From positions 1,594-65,593 of the forward strand of contig MFNS01000007.1 in the NCBI GenBank assembly GCA_001783805.1: a DNA stretch of 64,000 nt, in the 5' to 3' direction. Made by a program: the position numbers and the translations under genes. Source of the DNA: Candidatus Levybacteria bacterium RIFCSPHIGHO2_01_FULL_40_16 (GTDB taxonomy: Bacteria > Patescibacteriota > Microgenomatia > Levybacterales > UBA12049). This document shows positions 20,647 to 29,826 of this stretch, in pieces (positions within the stretch are counted from its first letter, which is position 1; each line of letters starts with the position of its first letter). Below the pieces are notes generated by a model. That model saw nothing but the letters and a program-made list of their open reading frames with translations, did not search any database and was not told the DNA's origin.

Positions 20647-20901
20647 ATGAAAGTCAAAAAATTTGGCTTTTTAAAACCTCGAATACCCAATCTCTTACTC
20701 ACTTTTATTATTCTGTTTTTACCTTTATTTAGAGAGCAATATAACGGAGGACAATATGTAGCCTGGTACAGGCTAATCGATTTATTGATTGGTTCTTTGA
20801 GGCAGCCCGGAACCCTAGGTTTGTTTTTTCTAACGTTAGTTTTTTCCTTAATAATCTATTTTTTCGTATCGTTAGTAATTTTTAAGATAATTCAGAGGTG
20901 A
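20647..20901 (+). CDS. small membrane protein
   Basis: 84 aa, two TM segments; TATAAT 6 nt before ATG. Confidence 0.65.
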   Translation: MKVKKFGFLKPRIPNLLLTFIILFLPLFREQYNGGQYVAWYRLIDLLIGSLRQPGTLGLFFLTLVFSLIIYFFVSLVIFKIIQR

Positions 20902-20915
20902 CTCAAAACGAAAGA

Positions 20916-22580
20916 CTAAACTTCAATCACGACCGGTAAAACCAGGGGGCGGCGGCGCAGATCCTTAAAGATTCTTCTTTCCGCGACTTCTCCAATTAAT
21001 TTTCTCATATAAATCCAATTTGTCACACGGGCTTTGCGCGGATTTAAAGCTTTATGCATGTCCTGCGACAATTTGGAGCTTAGATGCTTGATGTCGTATA
21101 AAAATCCTCTGACAATAATATCCGGGGCTCCCAAAAGCTGTCCTGTTGCCGAATCTATTTCTGCGAGAACTATAATTATTCCGGCTTCTGATAATTTTTG
21201 TCTGTCCCGGAGAACAAAACTCTCCAACTCTTCTCCGGATATTTCATCCACATAAACATTTTTGGTCGGAATTGTCCTGCCCAATTTTACCTGACCGTCG
21301 ACAAACAAAAGTTCCTGCCCGTCTTCCAACAGGAAAATATCATTTTTATGATACCCCAATTTTTCTGCCAATTTTCTGTAGGCAAACATGTGTCGGTATT
21401 GTCCGCCGATAGGAATTAATTTTTTCGGTCTGACTAATTTTATTAACTGTTCCAGCTCATCCAATGATCCGTGTCCGGAAACATGAAAATCTTTGGACAC
21501 CGGGGAGTAGACAACTCTCACTCCCCTGCGGGTTAACGTATCGACTAATTCGTAAACAGAAGTTTCATTGCCGGGAATCGGATCAGAGGAAAAAACAATC
21601 ACATCTTCTTCCCGTAATTTCACATCCCTGTGTTCGCCATTGGCAATTCTGGTTAACGCGGAATTCTCCTGCCCTTGGCTTCCCGCGACAATTAAAGTTA
21701 ATTTATTATCCGCATGATTTTTCAAATTATCTATCTCCACCTCAATATCTTTTTTCAAATTAAGATATCCCAAATCTCCGGCCACTTCCCTATTCCTAAT
21801 CAGAGACCTACCGACAAAACAAATTCTTCTTCCATTATCAACAGAGGCTTTAATAATTTGATTAAGTCTGGCAATATTGGATGAGTAAGTCGTCACAATA
21901 AATTTACCTTTGCACTCTCTCATTTCGCGGTTGAAATGCTCTAGTAATCCAATGTCTGATTGCGTCCTGCCTGCTCTTTCCGCACCCAGACAATCGGATA
22001 ATAAACACATTGTTCCCTGTGACGCTAATTGCGAAATTTTTGCATAATCGGATTTTTTTCCATCAGACGGAGTGTCATCGAATTTAAAATCACTACCATG
22101 GTAAAAATTCCCAACCGGTGTTTTAATAAAAATATGCGAGGTGTCAGAAACGGAATGGGTAACGGGGATAAAGGAAAATCTAAAACTGCCGATGCTTTTT
22201 TCCGGCTCATTGAATTTAACTGTCTGCACTCTTTTTTGCGCTTTAAAATCTTTTAATTTGGCATTGGCAAAGGCCGCAGTTAAAGGAGTGGCAAAAATTG
22301 GAAAATCAGGCAGTTGGGGCAATAAAAATGGCAAAGCCCCGATATGATCTTCATGTCCATGAGTTAAAAGCATGCCAACAATTCTTTTCTTGTTCTGCTT
22401 TGCAGAATTTAGCAAATAAGAAATATCCGGCAGCAATAAATCAACTCCCAGCATAGTTTCATCGGCAAAACCAAGTCCGCAATCAACGATCAGGATTTGA
22501 TCATTGTACTCATACAGATACATGTTTTTGGTGACATTCCCAATCCCGCCAAGAGGAATAAAAGATAATTGATTATTCAT
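20916..22580 (-). CDS. rnj: ribonuclease J
   Basis: LGGIGNVTKNM, THGHEDHIGA, GSQGQ, HVSGHG, RRPLVLPVVIEV. Confidence 0.96.
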   Translation of the reverse strand: MNNQLSFIPLGGIGNVTKNMYLYEYNDQILIVDCGLGFADETMLGVDLLLPDISYLLNSAKQNKKRIVGMLLTHGHEDHIGALPFLLPQLPDFPIFATPLTAAFANAKLKDFKAQKRVQTVKFNEPEKSIGSFRFSFIPVTHSVSDTSHIFIKTPVGNFYHGSDFKFDDTPSDGKKSDYAKISQLASQGTMCLLSDCLGAERAGRTQSDIGLLEHFNREMRECKGKFIVTTYSSNIARLNQIIKASVDNGRRICFVGRSLIRNREVAGDLGYLNLKKDIEVEIDNLKNHADNKLTLIVAGSQGQENSALTRIANGEHRDVKLREEDVIVFSSDPIPGNETSVYELVDTLTRRGVRVVYSPVSKDFHVSGHGSLDELEQLIKLVRPKKLIPIGGQYRHMFAYRKLAEKLGYHKNDIFLLEDGQELLFVDGQVKLGRTIPTKNVYVDEISGEELESFVLRDRQKLSEAGIIIVLAEIDSATGQLLGAPDIIVRGFLYDIKHLSSKLSQDMHKALNPRKARVTNWIYMRKLIGEVAERRIFKDLRRRPLVLPVVIEV

Positions 22581-23625
22581 TTGTTAAAAACTGTTTAATG
22601 TTTTCCGCTGTAACTTTTACGGTTTGTGTTTTCTTCTCCACAATCATCCGGGCTGCTTTTCTACAAACTCCTTCAATTGAGCGCTGAAGACTTCTGATTC
22701 CCGAATCATATCCGAGCGGCCGGATGATGGTTGGCCAAACCATATCATCAATAGAAATCTGCTCGGAGACAAGACCTGTCTGTTTTAATATTTCCGGAAA
22801 TAAATATCTTTGTGCAATTACGGTTTTTTCTTCATCCGTATAGGAGGGCATCTGAATAATTTGCAAGCGGTCAAGTACCGCGGTCGCAATATTGGTTGTG
22901 TTGTTGGCTGTGGCGATAAATAAAACTTTGGACATATCGAAAGGATAATCAACGTAATGATCGACAAAAGCTTTATTTTGTTCCGGATCCAAAAGTTCAA
23001 CTAAAACACCCATAATATCTTTTCTTCCCGTTTCGGTCACTCTGTCCAGCTCATCCAGCAAAATTACGCAATTTCTACTCCGAGCATGGATTAGGCTTTT
23101 CATCACCAGTCCCGGTTCCGCGTCCAAACTTGAGCGCGATTTTCCGCGCAAATCACTGGCGTCTCCCATTCCACCAAGCGGTATTCTTTCAAATTTCCTT
23201 CCCAGACTTTGGGCAATTGAATAAGCCAGAGTGGTTTTCCCGGTTCCGACCAGCCCGACCAGACAAATTATCGGCGAACGGGCAATATTGTTTTGATTAT
23301 GAATATTTAAAATAAGTGAAGAGAGATATTCCAAAATTACATTTTTGACACTTGGTAATCCGTAATGATTTTTATCCATAATTTCTTTGGCCTGAACAAT
23401 ATCCAGAATGTCTTTTGTTTCTTTATTGAAGGGCAAAGCCAAAATGCAATTGACGTAATTGGAGAAATTCTCAAAATTGATAAAAGAATTTTCTCCTTTA
23501 AGACTCAAGCGCAAAACGCTAATTTCTTCTTCCAATTTTTCGGCAAGATCCGCGGGTAATTGAGCTGCTTTTATTTTTTCTTCAATTTCTATGATTTTAC
23601 TTTCCAAAGGAGCATTCGAATCCAT
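22573..23625 (-). CDS. Lon protease-like AAA+ protein (no N-domain or protease domain)
   Basis: HYGLPSVK..ILEYL, GLVGTGKT, LLDELD, LLDPEQN.AF.DHY. Confidence 0.85.
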   Translation of the reverse strand: MDSNAPLESKIIEIEEKIKAAQLPADLAEKLEEEISVLRLSLKGENSFINFENFSNYVNCILALPFNKETKDILDIVQAKEIMDKNHYGLPSVKNVILEYLSSLILNIHNQNNIARSPIICLVGLVGTGKTTLAYSIAQSLGRKFERIPLGGMGDASDLRGKSRSSLDAEPGLVMKSLIHARSRNCVILLDELDRVTETGRKDIMGVLVELLDPEQNKAFVDHYVDYPFDMSKVLFIATANNTTNIATAVLDRLQIIQMPSYTDEEKTVIAQRYLFPEILKQTGLVSEQISIDDMVWPTIIRPLGYDSGIRSLQRSIEGVCRKAARMIVEKKTQTVKVTAENIKQFLTNE

Positions 23626-23659
23626 AGCTTATATAAATTGTACAATTAAAAACAAAAAA

Positions 23660-23698
23660 TTAATAGTGGGATTTGCGGAAGTGCTAACCCGCCGGCGT
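23660..23698 (+). repeat. duplicate of the pnp 3' end (att-like)
   Basis: 22 nt identical to 25196-25217 and 34/39 identical to 25196-25234. Confidence 0.9.
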
Positions 23699-23812
23699 AG
23701 CGTAGCCTCAAGCCCACACCCGATGTGGAAAAGTGAAAATGCACGTTTTTTGGAAAAAATTATGCCGAAGAACAAAATACAAAGAATCAAAAAAAAACTA
23801 AGCTTCAAAAAA

Positions 23813-24532
23813 TTAAGCTCTATTCACTCCCGAAGAACGACCACCCAAGTCCGGATAGGAATCGCGCCGAGGCAGAAACCAATCGACGTGCAGGTAGCCA
23901 TCCGGATCGATGTAGGCGTTAATCAAATCGCTGCCACTACGAGACCCAACACGAGCCCGAGTATTTCCTTCATCTAAGTATTGTCCTTTGAAAAGTTTAC
24001 TGTCCTGACTTGCGATAAGGTATTGATTCAAGCTGAGTAATTGCCTTTTTGCCTTACCAAGTTTATTCATGAGCTCATCCACTGTTGTTTTGGTGTGCGG
24101 CGCATTGACACTAACTTCATAGTCAAACCAGCCAAATGGGTTCCCGTCATTAGCTACGCCATTGCCTTCTTGAACGCTTCTGCTTTGCATTTTGGGAAAC
24201 ATTTTACCTAGAATATGACGACTTTCCTGTGTTGCCAGAGCTGTTGGAAGATAGCCCAGCCTTAATTCCTTCTTTTCCAGATCGGCTAATTCTTCTTTTG
24301 TGAAAGGACAAGGGGTAACCTCAAATTTAATACCTGCAAGTCTTCCTCTTTCCTGCCAAATAGTCTGAAAAGTTTTGGTCACCAATTCCGGAGTTAAGGT
24401 CCCTCTCTTATGTTCCTTATTATATTCTTGAATTACAGGAGTTATTAAATCTGCAAACTGCGACGCATTTAATACGTACACTATATCTCGATTATTAAGA
24501 TGTTCCTGTGTCATAGGTTTAGTTTGTATCAC
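23813..24532 (-). CDS. putative DGR target-like protein (C-type-lectin-like C-terminus)
   Basis: Paralog of 28155-28883; C-terminus INAYIDPDGYLHVDWFL...PDLGGRSSGV resembles CPR DGR variable regions. Confidence 0.55.
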   Translation of the reverse strand: MIQTKPMTQEHLNNRDIVYVLNASQFADLITPVIQEYNKEHKRGTLTPELVTKTFQTIWQERGRLAGIKFEVTPCPFTKEELADLEKKELRLGYLPTALATQESRHILGKMFPKMQSRSVQEGNGVANDGNPFGWFDYEVSVNAPHTKTTVDELMNKLGKAKRQLLSLNQYLIASQDSKLFKGQYLDEGNTRARVGSRSGSDLINAYIDPDGYLHVDWFLPRRDSYPDLGGRSSGVNRA

Positions 24533-24578
24533 AACTATAAGCTAGATGTCAAATTTTGGAGATTTAGGCAGGAGATTT

Positions 24579-24908
24579 TTATATAAATAATGCGCGGATA
24601 TTTTTAAAAACCGTGCTTCTGGTTGCTGCGGTTAACTGGCCGACGGTCTTTTTTATAATAGTCGTGTCTGCCGTAAACAGCTTATCCGGCCGCACATAAC
24701 TAATAATTGGCAGACCGCCTGTCGCAAAATCAGACTGCTTAAGACAAATTGATATTTTGCTTGTATACGGTTTTGAAGTAATTTGACACAAAATAAGGTT
24801 ATTAAATTCAACGTTTGCCAAAACAAGGGCCGGGCGCACTTTCTGACCTTTTAAATTAGAAAACGGGAATGTAACGAGAACGACACTGCCTACTGCAAAC
24901 TTGCCCAT
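24579..24908 (-). CDS. PemK/MazF family toxin
   Basis: GSVVLVTFPFSNLKGQKVRPALV...ILCQITS. Confidence 0.9.
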   Translation of the reverse strand: MGKFAVGSVVLVTFPFSNLKGQKVRPALVLANVEFNNLILCQITSKPYTSKISICLKQSDFATGGLPIISYVRPDKLFTADTTIIKKTVGQLTAATRSTVFKNIRALFI

Positions 24909-25129
24909 GCCTTGTCCTCCTCCGGCCGATTCCAATCGCGATCGAGTATTTTTTCTGATAACAACAGCGTATCGGCCACAGATTTATCCCGCATGGGCGC
25001 TGCAACAATTCTTATTTCACCTCTTTTTACCCGCAATTCAACTCTATCGTTAAGACCGCTTTCGTTGATTAGCGGCTTAGGTATGCGTATCCCGCGGGAG
25101 TTTCCTATTGGAATTAGTGTTGTTATCAT
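24890..25129 (-). CDS. AbrB/MazE family antitoxin
   Basis: IGNSRGIRIPK...DWNRPEEDKAW; overlaps the toxin start. Confidence 0.88.
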   Translation of the reverse strand: MITTLIPIGNSRGIRIPKPLINESGLNDRVELRVKRGEIRIVAAPMRDKSVADTLLLSEKILDRDWNRPEEDKAWASLQ

Positions 25130-25195
25130 AGTAATTACATTGTACATACCAATAATGGCCTTGTCAAGTCCGAATTTGAATTTTAATGCTGAAAT

Positions 25196-27574
25196 TTAAT
25201 AGTGGGATTTGCGGAAGCGCGAACCTGCAGGTGTTGATCCTAAAGACCGCCCGCCCGGAGTTCTTCTGTCTCTCCAATTGCCGGTACCCCTACTTGCTCC
25301 TTGGGAAAATCTTTCCCTGCGGAATTGTCTTGCCAACGGATGTTCCGAAGGAACAGTTCCCATTACCGGCGGAGCCATCGGAGGCTGTGGTTCCCCCTGA
25401 TTAACTACCGGCGGAATTTCTCTTTTGGGCGGAACATTTCCGCCTTCCGCTCCAAATAACATGGATAAATTTGTTCTTCCCTGATCATCAATTTCCACCA
25501 CCTTAACTTTGACTTTTTGTCCGATAGAAACCACATCCAAAGGATTGCGGACAAATCCCTCTTTCATCTTGGACACATGCACCATGCCTTCTTTGCCGGG
25601 TAAAAATTCCACAAACGCTCCAAAAGGCAATACTCTCTTAACTTCGGCTTCCTCAAAAATTTCTCCAACTTTTACTTCACGGGTTATTCCTTTAACCCAT
25701 TCTACGGCTTTGGCAACTGCATCTTTATCTGTTCCGGAAATCGTGACAATTCCGCTGTCTTCAACATCTACAGTTGCGCCGGTTGTAGCAATAATATTTT
25801 TAATTACGCGTCCCCCGGGGCCAATCACTTCGCCGATTTTGTCCACCGGAATTTGCACTTGTTCGATTTTTGGCGCATATTCTGAAACTGCTTTTTTACC
25901 CGTTCCGACAACCGCAATCATTTTTTCCAGAATAAACAAGCGTGCAACTTTGGCTTTTTCAAAAACCTCTTTAATTTGCTCAATAGTTATTCCCAAAATT
26001 TTTACATCCAGCTGAATTGCCGTAATTCCTTCGTTAGTTCCCGCAATTTTGAAATCCATGTCTCCTGAAAAATCTTCCAATCCCAAAATGTCTGTCAAAA
26101 TTACATATTTATCCTCTTTGGAAACCATGCCCATGGCAATTCCCGCCACCGGTTTTTTGATCGGGACTCCCGCATCCAGCAAAGCTAAAGTTGATCCGCA
26201 AGCTGCAGCCATTGAGGTAGAGCCATTGGAAGATAATATTTCCGAAACTACTCTGATTGTGTAAGGAAATTCCGTTTGACTTGGAATAACCGCCATGATT
26301 GCCCGTTCGCCTAAAGCTCCGTGTCCGATTTCCCGGCGTGATGTAAATCCAAATCTTCCGGTTTCTCCGACAGAATACGGAGGCATATTGTAATGATGGA
26401 TATATCTTTTGCTTTCTTCGCCTTCCGCAGATTCGATCAGCTGTTCCATGCGGGGTGAACCTAAAGTGACAATTGTCAGAGCTTGTGTATCCCCCCTATT
26501 AAAGATCGCCGAGCCATGAGTTCTAGGAAGAACCGAAACTTGGCAGGAAATCGGCCTTATTTCATCAAATTTTCTTCCATCCGGCCTAATACCCTTTATC
26601 AAAGTATTCTCTCTGATTTTTTTGAACATTACGTGCTCAATTGCATCCGCGATCATTTTTTTATCGATAACAAACTCTTCATTTTTCGCTTTTAATTCTT
26701 CAATAATTTTGTCTATAAATTCTCCGGGTTCGCCGCTTAATTCTTTGGTTAATCTGCTTTTAATCATTCCCGAAATTTCATCCAGATAAGATTTTTCCAA
26801 AAGAGCAATCAGTTCCGCATGATGGGCGTTTGGTTTTATTTCTTCCTTTTTGGTTCCTGTTTTTTTTGCAAAATCTTCAATAAAGTCAATGATCTTAGCA
26901 TTTTCAATTTGCGCTTTCTTAATTCCCTCCAGAGCTATAGTTTCTGTAACCTGATTGCTTCCCGCTTCAAGCATCAAGGTTTTATTTTTCAAACCGGTAA
27001 CAATTAAATCCAGTTCCGAAAGTTCGGATTCGACAATTCCCGGGTTAACAATAAAATCAGATCCTGAGTTTGCCGAAGGACCGTTTTCTTTTTCCTTGAC
27101 ATATCCTATGCGCACAGCTCCAACCGGGCCTTTCCAAGGAATTGGAGAAATTGTTAAAGCCGCCGAGGTCGCGACAACCGATAAAACATCCGGAGAATTT
27201 TCCCCATCAACGGATAAAATTGTTGCAATGATTTGGACTTCTTTTTTGAATTCCTTGGGGAAAAGCGGTCTGACCGAACGGTCGATCAAGCGGGCAGAAA
27301 GAACTGCGTCATCGGTTGGCCGTCCTTCTCTTTTTACCCATCTACTTCCCTTAATTCTTCCTCCGGCATACAATCTTTCAACATACTCAACTGTTAAGGG
27401 AAAATAATCAATGTCCGCTCTTTCTTTTCCCATGACTACGGTTACCAAAACCATAGTATCACCAAGCCTGGCTAAGACGGAGGATGTTGCTTGTTGGGCT
27501 AGATTTCCAACCTCCAGAGTCAATGTTTTTCCGCCGACTTCCAAAGAGGCTGTGGTTTTTTTATTTGTAGTCAT
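25196..27574 (-). CDS. pnp: polyribonucleotide nucleotidyltransferase
   Basis: RREIGHGAL, SNGSTSMA, GDMDFK, KH and S1 domains. Confidence 0.97.
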   Translation of the reverse strand: MTTNKKTTASLEVGGKTLTLEVGNLAQQATSSVLARLGDTMVLVTVVMGKERADIDYFPLTVEYVERLYAGGRIKGSRWVKREGRPTDDAVLSARLIDRSVRPLFPKEFKKEVQIIATILSVDGENSPDVLSVVATSAALTISPIPWKGPVGAVRIGYVKEKENGPSANSGSDFIVNPGIVESELSELDLIVTGLKNKTLMLEAGSNQVTETIALEGIKKAQIENAKIIDFIEDFAKKTGTKKEEIKPNAHHAELIALLEKSYLDEISGMIKSRLTKELSGEPGEFIDKIIEELKAKNEEFVIDKKMIADAIEHVMFKKIRENTLIKGIRPDGRKFDEIRPISCQVSVLPRTHGSAIFNRGDTQALTIVTLGSPRMEQLIESAEGEESKRYIHHYNMPPYSVGETGRFGFTSRREIGHGALGERAIMAVIPSQTEFPYTIRVVSEILSSNGSTSMAAACGSTLALLDAGVPIKKPVAGIAMGMVSKEDKYVILTDILGLEDFSGDMDFKIAGTNEGITAIQLDVKILGITIEQIKEVFEKAKVARLFILEKMIAVVGTGKKAVSEYAPKIEQVQIPVDKIGEVIGPGGRVIKNIIATTGATVDVEDSGIVTISGTDKDAVAKAVEWVKGITREVKVGEIFEEAEVKRVLPFGAFVEFLPGKEGMVHVSKMKEGFVRNPLDVVSIGQKVKVKVVEIDDQGRTNLSMLFGAEGGNVPPKREIPPVVNQGEPQPPMAPPVMGTVPSEHPLARQFRRERFSQGASRGTGNWRDRRTPGGRSLGSTPAGSRFRKSHY

Positions 27575-27576
27575 TT

Positions 27577-27954
27577 TTATTTGGTCTTCGTTGCTTTCTT
27601 TACTTTTTTAACCTTGGTTACTTTTTCCGCCTTTGGCTCGCCGGAGCTTTCAGCGGAGGTGGCTTTCTTTACTTTTCCTTGAGGCTCTTTTTCAAAACCG
27701 ATTTTTTCTTCAATTGCGGATGATCTTTTCTTGTCAACTTTGGTCAAGAAATTAATCAATCTTCTTCTTTTGGCAATCATTGATAAAAGTCCGCGCCTGC
27801 TATGAACGTCGTGAATGTGTAATTTTAAATGCTCTGTTAGCCGGTCAATTCTGGTTGTCAAAAGCGCAATCTGTACTTCCGGACTTCCTGTATCGCCGGC
27901 AACTGTCTGGAACTCCTTGATAACTTTCTTCTTTAACGTTGTACTAAGTGGCAT
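27577..27954 (-). CDS. rpsO: 30S ribosomal protein S15 with Lys-rich tail
   Basis: DTGSPEVQIALLT.RI..LTEHL..H.HD.HSRRGLL; directly upstream of pnp. Confidence 0.96.
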   Translation of the reverse strand: MPLSTTLKKKVIKEFQTVAGDTGSPEVQIALLTTRIDRLTEHLKLHIHDVHSRRGLLSMIAKRRRLINFLTKVDKKRSSAIEEKIGFEKEPQGKVKKATSAESSGEPKAEKVTKVKKVKKATKTK

Positions 27955-27956
27955 AT

Positions 27957-28095
27957 AAAATAAATTAAAATTTTCAATTAGAAATTTAAAATGAAATCTA
28001 AATGTTTAAAAAATCAAACTTAAAAATTCAATGTCCCGAGGAATCGGGATCCCGACGATTCGGGAAAAATTAAAAATTTCAAATTAAAAATTAGT
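27957..28095. repeat. AT-rich heptamer tandem tract interrupted by a tcccga..tcggga double palindrome
   Basis: ttaaaaa/ttagaaa-like units; tcccgaggaatcgggatcccgacgattcggga at 28034-28065. Confidence 0.7.
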
Positions 28096-28154
28096 TAAAT
28101 GCTATTATAGCAGTTTTCTCAAACATTCTCAAGAGAGGAATTTGAAGATGTAGA

Positions 28155-28883
28155 CTAAGCTTTCTTTACTTCTTCAAAACGACCACCCGTCTTCGGATTG
28201 TGATCCTGCGGATGCAGATTAAAATAAAGAGCCAAGAAACCATCCCAACCGAATGTGGCACAGACCACATCTTCCTCGTCGTAACGAGAATCAAGCCGAG
28301 ACCATCTGGATCCCTTATCTAAATAATGTCCAGTTAAATTTTTTCTGGCTTGGGAAACAAGAATATATGTGCTTAGCGTCTGACTTGAATATCCTAGTTT
28401 TTGGGCATGTTTTTCCAGATCTTCTTGAGTAGTATTAAGATTTGGAGTAATGATAGTCGCTTCTACTTTAATCCATCCGCCTTTTTTGCTTCCATCAGGA
28501 CTATCCTGTATAAGAGTTTCTTCTCTAACTCGTCTAATTATGCCTTCCCTAATCTGTGTAATGGGACCTGCTTTAGGATCACAAAATTTCATCTTTGGAT
28601 ACATTTGTCCCAATTTGTCGAATCCTTCTTGTCCAGTAAGCTCTTGCGGAACATAAACCATCATGGAGGGGACTTTTTTACCTTTAACGCCTGTCATTGG
28701 TTTTCTTATTTCTTTTTCTGTCCAATTGCAATCCGGCACAGAAATATCCAGTCCTATTCTTTTTCCATCTGCTTGCAATTTTGCTTTCCAAAATTTAGTA
28801 ATTGCTTCTGGAGAAAAAAAATTTGTTTTAAGCTCTACTATTGATTGTATTAAATGATCCGATCCTTTTAAAAATTCTGACAT
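28155..28883 (-). CDS. putative DGR target-like protein
   Basis: Paralog of 23813-24532 (LG.M.PKM, YxxxSQ..K...G.YLD.G, GGR); start at MSEFLK. Confidence 0.55.
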   Translation of the reverse strand: MSEFLKGSDHLIQSIVELKTNFFSPEAITKFWKAKLQADGKRIGLDISVPDCNWTEKEIRKPMTGVKGKKVPSMMVYVPQELTGQEGFDKLGQMYPKMKFCDPKAGPITQIREGIIRRVREETLIQDSPDGSKKGGWIKVEATIITPNLNTTQEDLEKHAQKLGYSSQTLSTYILVSQARKNLTGHYLDKGSRWSRLDSRYDEEDVVCATFGWDGFLALYFNLHPQDHNPKTGGRFEEVKKA

Positions 28884-28891
28884 ATTATTTA

Positions 28892-29809
28892 TTAAACACT
28901 TGTGGAGCCTTTGTAGATTTTGGGAGCCAGCCAATCATCCGGAGGATTATTCTCATCTCCGCCGGCTGGCGGATTTACTTCCTCTTTGGCGAAGGCGGCC
29001 TGCTTTTCTCCAACTTTTGCCTGAAACTTTGGGGAAAAAAATGCATCCGTTTGGACTTCGGGTATTAAACCGTCTTTTGTTTTTCTAACCGCACCTTTTT
29101 TCAAAAGCATTGCTGCTGTTTCAAAAGCCAATGAGCTGGTGGTGGTACTCTGGAAATTATCTGTTGCGGCAATAATACCTGCCAATAAGTTGGAAGCAAT
29201 ATCAACATCCATCTTCAAATCCAATGAGGTCAGGAAGTTTGCCATGAGCTCACAAACCGATGATGCGCTTTTACCAAGAAGTGGTATGTCTCCGAATCCC
29301 TGATTTTCAGGCTTGTAATCGATATTGATTACTCTTGAGTCTTTAAGAGTTTCCATGTCAAAAGCTGTTCCCAAATCCGATATCCGCGGTGTTCCTACAA
29401 TAAAAACCAAGCCCGGAGCTTTTCCCTCTCTTTTGTATTCAATGTCTTTCTCATTAAAAGAAAGGCCATCTTCGCCTGCTTTTACCAAAATATTTAATTT
29501 TCCTTCTTCAAGGGTATAGGAAATTTTCTCAATTTCTCCTTCTTTATACGGAAAGGTCACTGTTAGGTCTCCATTTGCACCTCCATCAAAAGATTTTTTT
29601 ACTTTGTTTATTCCAACCAAAGAAGATACTTCTACAATCGGTTCAGTTGGACAAATAACGGAAATTTCCCTATTCTCTCCTGAAAGTGCAAGATATAAAG
29701 ATAAGGCAGCGGCCATCTCATCAATACCGGGATTTTTGCCAACAGCAATACCAATACTTTCGTTTTTGGCGAGGAGGTCTTTGATCTTTTGAAGTATTAC
29801 GTTATCCAT
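28892..29809 (-). CDS. DHH/NrnA-like phosphoesterase family protein (degenerate)
   Basis: INIDY...N..FG, SSVCE, LLAGI.AATDNF; downstream of infB. Confidence 0.7.
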   Translation of the reverse strand: MDNVILQKIKDLLAKNESIGIAVGKNPGIDEMAAALSLYLALSGENREISVICPTEPIVEVSSLVGINKVKKSFDGGANGDLTVTFPYKEGEIEKISYTLEEGKLNILVKAGEDGLSFNEKDIEYKREGKAPGLVFIVGTPRISDLGTAFDMETLKDSRVINIDYKPENQGFGDIPLLGKSASSVCELMANFLTSLDLKMDVDIASNLLAGIIAATDNFQSTTTSSLAFETAAMLLKKGAVRKTKDGLIPEVQTDAFFSPKFQAKVGEKQAAFAKEEVNPPAGGDENNPPDDWLAPKIYKGSTSV

Positions 29810-29826
29810 AAATTCCGACTTAAGAT

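Noticed and set aside
23591-23977. Plus-strand ORF or a DGR template repeat near the target-like gene
   Set aside because: It overlaps two minus-strand genes, and I found no AAC-rich near-copy of either variable region in the window.
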